Positions 54,864 through 62,749 of a stretch of 62,749 nucleotides of DNA are shown here, in pieces (within the stretch, counting starts at the first letter, position 1; the number at the start of each line of letters is the position of its first letter). Below the pieces are notes generated by a model. It was not told the origin of the DNA and made no database searches. It worked only from the letters and a program-made list of their open reading frames with translations. The stretch spans positions 1 through 62,749 of IMG/VR virus record IMGVR_UViG_3300042346_001094. One strand, 5' to 3'. The position numbers and the translations under genes are program-made. This DNA comes from a virus (lineage: Duplodnaviria; Caudoviricetes).

Positions 54864-55967
54864 ATGCTCCTTACGCTACTCTCCCCGTCGGGAGTTAGCG
54901 GCGGCATCGGGGTCGTCAATGCGACACTAGGCACGCTGGAACTCTCCGCTACCGGAGAGCTAACTACAACCGGCGTGAATGGATCGCTGAGCGCTACGCT
55001 TGGCGATCTTTCTCTTTCCTCCTCTTCGCAACTCGAAATCCGTGGCGCGAGCGCTTACACGCTCGATGCGCTCACGGTATCGGCGGCGGGCAGGCTTGAG
55101 CTGCGGGCCACGGCAAGCCCCACGCTCGGTGCGCTTACGCTCAACGCCGCTGGCGCGATCCAAGCCTCCAACTCTGGCCAGCTCAACGTAACACTTGGCA
55201 GCCTCTCGCTCGCAGCGGCCGGCGCGCTGCAGATCAACGCGGCCTCGGGTGGCGCGCTATCGGATCTCACGGCGGCCGCCACTGGCCGTCTGCTACTGCA
55301 GGCGCAGCTCAGCGCCACGCTCGGCACGCTCACCGCCACCTTTGCCGCAGGGCTGCCCGTTGTCGGTACGCTCTCCAGCCAACTCGGCGCGCTCTCCTCC
55401 GCCGCCACGGGCCAACTGCGGATCAGCGGAAACACGTTCTCTGTGCTTGGCGCTCTCACGGGCTCCGCCTCGGCGCAGTTGCAGGTCGCAGGCACCGTAA
55501 GCGCAACGCTCGGCACGCTTGCCGTCACGAGCACCGCCAAGCTGCCCATCGTCGGCACCTTCTCCGCCACGCTCGGAGATCTGGTTGCCACCTCGGCCAC
55601 CGGCCAGCTCAAGATCTCGGGCAACTTCGCGGGGACGGAAACTGGGCTCGACGGGCTGCAGGCAGCAGGGCTTCTGCACATCCGTGGCGTGCTCGCGGCG
55701 CTTGAAGCGCAGGATGGATTCTCGGCAGAAGGCAACCTGTACGCGGCCAACTCGGCAGCGGCCATCTGGGCTTATGTGCTGCCGAACGGCCTGAGCGCGG
55801 CCGCCACGGTGGTGCAGATCCACACGATGCTGAGCAACCTGCACCGCATCCACGGCCTTGAGCCGGGCGCGCCGCTCGCCGTATCTCCCACGCAGCGCAC
55901 CGCAGGCAGCATCATCCAGAGCATCACCACCGCCGGCACCACCACCACCGTGGAGCGCCTGCAGTGA
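54864..55967 (+). CDS. Protein with about 21-aa periodic repeats
   Basis: Repeats of G..SATLG.L...A.G.L. Confidence 0.7.
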   Translation: MLLTLLSPSGVSGGIGVVNATLGTLELSATGELTTTGVNGSLSATLGDLSLSSSSQLEIRGASAYTLDALTVSAAGRLELRATASPTLGALTLNAAGAIQASNSGQLNVTLGSLSLAAAGALQINAASGGALSDLTAAATGRLLLQAQLSATLGTLTATFAAGLPVVGTLSSQLGALSSAATGQLRISGNTFSVLGALTGSASAQLQVAGTVSATLGTLAVTSTAKLPIVGTFSATLGDLVATSATGQLKISGNFAGTETGLDGLQAAGLLHIRGVLAALEAQDGFSAEGNLYAANSAAAIWAYVLPNGLSAAATVVQIHTMLSNLHRIHGLEPGAPLAVSPTQRTAGSIIQSITTAGTTTTVERLQ

Positions 55968-56281
55968 GCGTAAACCCGCGTGCCGTAGCGCTGCAGGGCG
56001 TGGGCTTTGGCGCGCTCGCCGTCGCCAGCCTTGGCTTCCTGCTCGATCAGCCCGCCCCAACAGGGCCGCTGTTCGCCAACGCGCAGGTGCTGCAGGAGGC
56101 TTACGCACGCGCACGCGGGGCCGCCTTGGCCGCCACTTCTGTGGAAGAGCTGCTTGCCAGCATGGAAGCGCTCGACGCGCTCGCAAGCATCGAAGCCCAA
56201 AGTATCAGCGCGGTGACAACGGTGAACGACACCTTCGCCTCCGCCAGCGTGTTTTTCGATATTGCGACGATTGATGATTGA
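55964..56281 (+). CDS. Hypothetical virion-module protein
   Basis: GTGA overlap. Confidence 0.55.
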   Translation: MSVNPRAVALQGVGFGALAVASLGFLLDQPAPTGPLFANAQVLQEAYARARGAALAATSVEELLASMEALDALASIEAQSISAVTTVNDTFASASVFFDIATIDD

Positions 56282-56628
56282 GCAAACTCGTGGCACCGTT
56301 CGAAATAATTCGAGTAGTGCGCGGTGATGAAGGCATCGCCGTAGATCTGCACTTCACGAGAGCAAACGGCGCAGGGCTCAACTTGAGTAGCCCAACCACG
56401 GAAGTAGTGGTGCGCTTTGCTCCCGCTCACTCAGAAAGCACGTTGGCTCTGCTGACCGTCACCAAGGTGAACGGCGGGCAGAACGGCGAATGCGTGGCCA
56501 CGTTCCCGCCCGGCGCACTGGATGTGCCCGCCGGGTTCTACCACGCCGAGATCGAGCTGCGCATCGCGGGAGAGCCGCAGACGGCATTCGATCCGCTGAG
56601 GTTTTTTGTACGAGAACGGTTCCAGTAG
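56278..56628 (+). CDS. BppU-like Ig-fold adaptor
   Basis: VVRGD..LNLS..LDVPAGFY.AEIE..QT. Confidence 0.6.
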   Translation: MSKLVAPFEIIRVVRGDEGIAVDLHFTRANGAGLNLSSPTTEVVVRFAPAHSESTLALLTVTKVNGGQNGECVATFPPGALDVPAGFYHAEIELRIAGEPQTAFDPLRFFVRERFQ

Positions 56629-56637
56629 GAGATTTTC

Positions 56638-57075
56638 ATGGCCGCAATGTCGAACTATCTTGAGAACAAAGTGATCGATTGGTTCTTTCGAGCCCAAACG
56701 TTCACTCCCCCGGCTGGCCTGCACGTGGGCCTGCTTACCTCTGCTCCGTCCGATACCGGCGGTGGCACTGAGGTTTCTGGCAACGCTTACGCACGCCAGA
56801 ACCTTGCCCCGTCGCTCACGAACTGGGCGGGAACGCAGGGCGCAGGCTCGACCTCCACATCGTCGGGCACCAACGGCACCACAAGCAACAACGGCATCAT
56901 CACTTTCCCGACGCCGACAGCCTCGTGGGGCACGGTGACGCACTTCGCCATCTACGACGCCTCGACCGGCGGCAACCTGCTCTGGTACGGGGCGCTGCAG
57001 ATTGCGAAAACGATCAACCAAGGCGACACCGTTACGTTCCCGGCCGCCTCGCTCACGGTGCAGATTGACGATTAA
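56638..57075 (+). CDS. Small virion fibre subunit-like protein
   Basis: MSNYLENK, EVSGNAYARQ, WGTVTHFAIYDASTGGNLL. Confidence 0.75.
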   Translation: MAAMSNYLENKVIDWFFRAQTFTPPAGLHVGLLTSAPSDTGGGTEVSGNAYARQNLAPSLTNWAGTQGAGSTSTSSGTNGTTSNNGIITFPTPTASWGTVTHFAIYDASTGGNLLWYGALQIAKTINQGDTVTFPAASLTVQIDD

Positions 57076-57097
57076 TCGGGTGCAGTCCACCCATTGA

Positions 57098-57136
57098 GCA
57101 CGGGCGCGCTCAATCCGGGCGCGCTCGTGCTGTTTT
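57098..57136 (+). terminator. Hairpin/attenuator after the subunit gene
   Basis: AGCACGGGCGCGCTC/GGGCGCGCTCGTGCT followed by GTTTT. Confidence 0.6.
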
Positions 57137-57159
57137 GCTGCGGCGTGAGGTAACGAGCA

Positions 57160-59283
57160 ATGTCGAACGCCGTTTTTGGCCGGTTCGTATTTAACCGCAC
57201 CGTATTCAACGGCACCGGCGGCGAGGTGGCTCGCCTTGCCGCTTCCCCCGCAGCAGTCTCCACCGCGACAGGCGCGCTCGCTCAGCAGGTGCCGCTTGCT
57301 GGCGCGGCCATCGCCACAAGCGCCGCCTCTGTAGCGGCTGACAAATACGCACCGCTGGGGGCCAATGCCTCCGCGCTCTGCAGCGCCTCCGCTGGGCTCG
57401 ACAAGCACGCGCCCCTTGGCGTTACCGCTACGGCGGCAAGCACCACCACCGCGCTACTCGACAAGTACGCGCCGCTCGACGCCTCCGTGGCCGCACGCAG
57501 CGCCACCACGGGGGCCGTCGATAAGTACGCGCCGCTGGGGGCCATCGCCTCTGCCAACGCCACGGGCTCCGGATACGCCACGTGCATATTCCCCGTTACC
57601 GGCGCAGCGCAGGCGATCGTCACTGCCTCCGGAGCTCCGGTGGTGGCCTACGAGTTCCGGGCCAGCGCCGCAGGGCGGGCCAGCGCTACCGCAACCGCCG
57701 TGGGCGAGCTCTCGTGCTCCGCCGCCATCACTGCGCGCAGCACCGTTACCGCCGCACTCACCCGCGCCGCGCCGATCGCCGCGACCGCCGCCGGGCAGGG
57801 CAATGCAACTGCATTGCTCGACCTCTCGCGCAACCTCGCTGGGGCCGCATCGGCAGCCAGCAGCGCTTCGGCCGACCCACGCTCGATCTACAACGTGGTC
57901 GCCTCTGGCAGCGCCTCAGCGGCCGCCACGGCTGGGGTGCACCTTGGCATCATCGTAGCAGGCAGCGCCGCCGCACGGGCTTCTGCCTCCGCCGCGCCTA
58001 CTGCTAGCGCGCCGCTAGCGGGCAATGCCGCGACCCGTAGCACCGCCTCCGGGCTGCTGCTCATCAACGCCACGTTCGACGGGCTTGCGCAGGCGATCAG
58101 CTCCGCCTCAGCTTCGGCCGGGCTGCAGAAGATCGTTTCCGTCGCGGGCGTGGCTGCAGTCTCGAACGCCGCTGCCGCACTTGGGCTCACGGTGGTGGTG
58201 CACTCTGCCGGGGCTGCTGCTGCTCGCTCGACTGCGGCAGGCGCACTGGACACCACCCGCCCGCTGGCCGGGGCGATCTCCGCCGCCTCCAGCGCTTCCG
58301 CCTTGGCCGTGGCCGACCGTCGCATGGCAGGTGCAGGCTCCGCCTCCGCCTCCGCCACGGGCGCAGTGCTCGTGGCCTACACCGCCGCCGGATCTGCAGC
58401 CGCCACAAGCGCTGCCTCCGCCTCCGCTGATCTGCTCAAGCCGGTGGCCGGTGTGGTGGCCGCTTGCGTGGCCAGTGCCACCGCCGATGCGATCGCTCAG
58501 AAGCCGCTTGCTGGGGCTGCGCAGGCCGTGGCCACGGGGCTGGGCCTTACCACCCACGCCACGCCGCTCGCCGCCTCTGCGGCCGCCTCCGGGCTCGCCA
58601 GCGCCGCACTCGATCGGCAGCCGAACCTTGCCGGGGTGGTTTCCGCCAGTAGCAGCGCCTCCGCAGCCATCGAAAGCGCCAAACCCCTCGCCGGGGCAGC
58701 GCTCGCGGCACAGGCGGCCACCGCCACGCTGGGCCTTGCCGTGCCCATGGCGGGCTCGTGCGCCGCCAATACGGGCTCTGATGCCGCGCTTGGCGTTACC
58801 GTACCCCTTGCCGCCTCGATCTACGCCACTGGCGTAGCCGCCGCCGCGCTGGGCAACGAAGCCACGCCGCTGGCCGGGCTGGCTGCGAGCCGGTCGTCCA
58901 CCACAGGGGCCATTGCCCGCGCCGCACCGCTCGCGGCCATTGCTGCAGCAGCGCCCGCCTCGACCGGCACGCTCTCGCTGGCCGTACGCCTTGCAGGCAG
59001 CGCGCAGGCGCAGGCTCCCGCCATCACGGCGGCGCTGGGCCATGCCATTCCGCTCAGCGCTTCGGCCACCGTCACCGCCATCAGCTCCGCACGCATCCGG
59101 CGGATCATCTACACAAGTTACGGCTTCGCACTCGCCGCCACGCCGCGCACGCTGCGCGCCACGGTGCGCGCTGAATTGATCTACGCGGAAGCCACCGCTA
59201 TACCCGAAGAGATTTACACGGCGCAAAGCGGGGGCATTTACGCCGCCGTTACCGCGTCGAATGTCACCGCAGAGGCTGCTTAA
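57160..59283 (+). CDS. Ala-rich protein with about 30 repeats of 20 aa
   Basis: PLAG.A.A.S.A.A.L periodicity; FGRFVFNRTVFNG N-terminus. Confidence 0.75.
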   Translation: MSNAVFGRFVFNRTVFNGTGGEVARLAASPAAVSTATGALAQQVPLAGAAIATSAASVAADKYAPLGANASALCSASAGLDKHAPLGVTATAASTTTALLDKYAPLDASVAARSATTGAVDKYAPLGAIASANATGSGYATCIFPVTGAAQAIVTASGAPVVAYEFRASAAGRASATATAVGELSCSAAITARSTVTAALTRAAPIAATAAGQGNATALLDLSRNLAGAASAASSASADPRSIYNVVASGSASAAATAGVHLGIIVAGSAAARASASAAPTASAPLAGNAATRSTASGLLLINATFDGLAQAISSASASAGLQKIVSVAGVAAVSNAAAALGLTVVVHSAGAAAARSTAAGALDTTRPLAGAISAASSASALAVADRRMAGAGSASASATGAVLVAYTAAGSAAATSAASASADLLKPVAGVVAACVASATADAIAQKPLAGAAQAVATGLGLTTHATPLAASAAASGLASAALDRQPNLAGVVSASSSASAAIESAKPLAGAALAAQAATATLGLAVPMAGSCAANTGSDAALGVTVPLAASIYATGVAAAALGNEATPLAGLAASRSSTTGAIARAAPLAAIAAAAPASTGTLSLAVRLAGSAQAQAPAITAALGHAIPLSASATVTAISSARIRRIIYTSYGFALAATPRTLRATVRAELIYAEATAIPEEIYTAQSGGIYAAVTASNVTAEAA

Positions 59284-62200
59284 ATGGGCATCAAGATCAC
59301 CAACAACGCTTACTCCGAACTCGCTGCGGGGCTAAGCACATCGGCCACCTCGATCACGCTCACGACGGGCACCGGAAGCCGCTTCCCAACGCTGGGAGCA
59401 GGCGACTACTTCTGGGGCACCATCGTCGCTGAGAACAACGTCGATCTGATGGAGATTGTGAAGGTGACCGCCCGATCGGGCGACACGCTCACGGTGGTGC
59501 GCGCACAGGAAGGCACCGTTGCGGGCGTCTGGAGCACCAACGACAAGTTCCAACTGCGCATCACCGCGCAGACCATGCTCGACTACTCCGACGTTGCGCA
59601 CCTCACGGGCGTGCTCCCGATCGCGCAGGGCGGTACTGGATCGACGAACGCAGCCGATGCGCGTGCGGCGCTGAGTGTGCTCTCGCTCGCGGGCGGCACG
59701 CTCACCGGCGAGCTTTACGTTCCAAACTTAACCGTTGGCGGGCAAGGCCGGTCGGCCCTTAACGCTATCGGCGGCAACATTGGCGCGACGGCTGGCAGTT
59801 GGAACAACGCCCAGCTTGAGTTGAAGTCGACAGATGCAGGTACTGTTGCGCTTGCTTTCCACCGTGCTGGGTACACATCAAACACGATCGAAGCGCGAGA
59901 TGGTAATGGGCTTCGTATAGACGGCAATTTCATCCTCCACGCCGGTAACTACAACAGCTATGCGCTACCGCTCACAGGCGGGACTATTACCGGCACCGTC
60001 AGCATTAACGGTGGGGGTTCGCAGCCGCTCAACTTAACGACGAGCAGCAGCAGCCCGTGGGGATTTGGGTTGACCCGGTCGGACGCAAACGTCTCAAGCA
60101 GGGTATTTCTGCACAACGGCAGCGGCAGTTGGACGTGGGTTTACGAACACAACCCAGTTTTTTATAACGGCGGGGCATACAGCCCATTTCTGCATAGCGG
60201 AAACTATAGCAGCTACGCTTTGCCGCTTACGGGCGGGACTATTACCGGCACGCTCTACTTTACCGATACCACGAACGGCATCTACAAATCCGGTGGTCGC
60301 TTAACGGTAAGATCTGAGTCAACTGATGACGTAGCAAACTTTGCAAGTTACGGGTTGTATCTCCCTAAGACCGGACAAACCGCTGGTCTGTATGTCCAAA
60401 GCCCCATAGAGGCTCGCGGTGGATTGCGAATCGGCGACGGTGCAGGAAGCGGCACGATCACCGTTGGCGCAGATACGGCGGCGACTGCAAACAGGCTAGT
60501 ACAGCGCGACAGCGGCGGCGACATATACGGTCGCTACTTTTTCGGCGTTCACTTTAACCAGTCGAGCAGCAACACAGAGAACCCGTCGATCGCTGCGTTT
60601 TGGACAAACAGCGGGGCGGACAATTACAATCGAAAGTCATCGCCAGCGCACGTAATAAGCCAATTAGGCTTGCTGACCACGAGCAATTACACGAGCTACG
60701 CGCCCTCTATTGGCGGCGGCAGCACGATCGGCGGAATCACGTATTTCAGCAACGGAGAATCGATCAACCTGTACGGCATTCGTGGGCGATTCACCAACGA
60801 GTACATCCACCTCTACAACAAGGTCGGAGTTGGAAACCCAAGTGGGTGGGGGCAAGGCGAAGGAAATACCCCAAACCAAGGGCTGTCTACGTACGGCGGA
60901 ATCAACGTCGCTTACGGCACCAATGACTCATCGACCTTTAACGGCACTTTGCGCGTCAACGGCAACACGATTCGCCAAGGCAACAACCTCGCCCGGCCAA
61001 TTGCCAACTGGTCGGCAAGCAGCACATCTACGGGCATGGTCATCTTCAAGTTGCCGGGCAGTTCCGGCAACTACGGCATGGTTCACATGGTATTCGATAT
61101 TTACGAATACAACTCAAATGCCGTGTCCACAGTCATTGTTGGTGGCCACAATTGGTCGTCCGGCTGGTACAACGTCGGGGCCAATATTATTGGGCAGTGT
61201 GGCAAAGAGGTGCGGCTTGGCTACGTAGACGGTCAATACTGCGTCGTGTTTGGCACTGGCTCTTCTACGTGGGAGTACGGCACGATCATCCTGCGCAAGA
61301 TCCATAACGCTTCGTTCTACGACAACACGATGGATATGGGCGGCGCGTTCACCGCTTCACAAGTCACCTCCGCATCTTTTACCAACATCACCGGAGATCT
61401 TCGTGCGCTGCGTACGCCTGCGTCGTTCAATGCGGGCGGCGCGATCACGCAGGCGGGAAACCAAGTTCTGCACGCCGGCAACTACAACTCATACTCACCA
61501 ACACTGACCGGTGGCGGGGCATCCGGTACGTGGGGCATCAACGTCACGGGCTCTGCAGCGTCTCTGAATTTTGGTGGCGGGTACACCGTGCAGATGGGCG
61601 ATTGGGGGCTACGCAACACCACACCTTCCGGCTGGATTCAATTGGGGCCAGCAAACGGTAGCCACGCCCACATTTACACCGACAGATCAAACTTTTACTT
61701 CAACGTAGACCTGTATACGAACGGGTATCTCCAGCTCCATTCGAACAACTACAACAGCTATGCGCCAACGCTTACCGGCGGCGGGGCATCCGGTACTTGG
61801 GGTATTAGTATCACTGGTAACGCAGCCACCCTCCAAGGATATCAGTGGAACTCTGCTGGCAAGGATATTCGCGGTAGTGACATCTACGCAGATAGTTGGC
61901 TGCGCAATTACAACAGCGGCACTGGCTTGTATAACCAAGCAACCGCAAACCACTGGTACTCTGACGGTCAATATTGGAACGTCGGATACTCTGGAACGAC
62001 TGGCATTCGGCTGCGCAACGGGCACGCAGGCTCAATCCTTGGCTACCTGTACGCAGAAACTAGCGGCCGGTTTGGTTTGCTCAACAGTGGCGGGAGTTGG
62101 AGCGTCAGCTTAAACCCAGCCGATCACCGTCACGTGCTGTTTGGCGGAGGTTACGATGACAACGCCCACAGCACTCGTGATGGCGTGAGGTTGCTGCTTG

Positions 62201-62740
62201 GCGGAGGCAATACCGACGCGCAAGGCAACTATTACATTGGAACAAACTTCAACAATTACGGCGGCAACTACACCAAGCTAGACCTTGCATGGCACACGGG
62301 CATACGCATTGGCGCACAGGCCGGTTACGGCGGCGTTCGTTTTTACGATAGCGAAGATTTTGGAACGGTTGTTTTCTCTGTTAACACCGGCGATGCCAAC
62401 GTTCGCGTCACTAACACACTGTACTCATACGCCTACCGTGGCAACGGAAACGTAGCGGGCACTGGCGAGGCGATTTATGCCCCTGCTGGCGTGTACAGCA
62501 CAGGAACCAACTGGCTGTACGGCACGATTTATCTAAACGGTAACTCCATTCAAGACTGCAGTCGCATGAACGGGCCGTGGACAAGCGGAGCGCGGTGCTA
62601 CAGCAACGAATGGATTGAGTTTGGCAATTACAGCGGCCTGTACAGCCCGCTGAACGGGGCGCATTTCTACCCGAACAACGTCACTTATGGGTCGTGGCGC
62701 ATCGCTGGAAGCCGAAACGGATGGCATGGGATTCATTTCG
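59284..62740 (+). CDS. Long tail fibre, N-terminal part (continues at 1-929; about 1419 aa in total)
   Basis: MGIKITNNA..EIVKVTARSGDTLTVVRAQEGT; absent from the ORF track, consistent with no stop before the window end. Confidence 0.8.
62615..62740 (+). repeat. Terminal direct repeat, copy 2
   Basis: Identical to 1-126. Confidence 0.95.
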
Positions 62741-62749
62741 GCTTCCAGC

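Noticed and set aside
59284-62749. Diversity-generating retroelement or invertible fibre cassette
   Set aside because: No reverse transcriptase or invertase seen, and no repeat pair differing only at adenines

Overview
The window looks like a complete, circularly closed genome of about 62.6 kb from a tailed siphovirus-type phage. Bases 1-126 equal 62615-62740, and one tail-fibre ORF runs across the join. The host is probably a GC-rich Gram-negative bacterium (Rz/Rz1 spanins present). I saw no integrase, CRISPR array, reverse transcriptase or tRNA. Gene order on the circle: terminase S/L, portal, an unusual 13 kb block of fibre/adhesin genes, holin-like gene and metallophosphoesterase, MuF head protein, two large enzyme-bearing proteins, XkdF-like protease, scaffold, decoration and major capsid proteins, a non-contractile tail module, dNMP kinase, holin and spanins, a leftward early region (HTH genes, MazG-like, SSB, Bet, YqaJ exonuclease), replication genes, a ParB-N/ABC-ATPase-GNAT/formyltransferase/DNA-methylase operon, and endolysin. 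Best candidates for something new: (1) head-module cargo proteins sharing an N-terminal signal, one a Nudix + HipA/PI3K-like kinase + ADP-ribosyltransferase fusion and one a zincin, with a repeated helical domain that also occurs as a stand-alone gene; (2) a putative DNA-modification operon containing a formyltransferase; (3) paired small-subunit/periodic 'ruler' fibre genes; (4) a genome-wide TATCA-N6-TGATA operator. All family assignments come from motif recognition by eye; no database searches were run.
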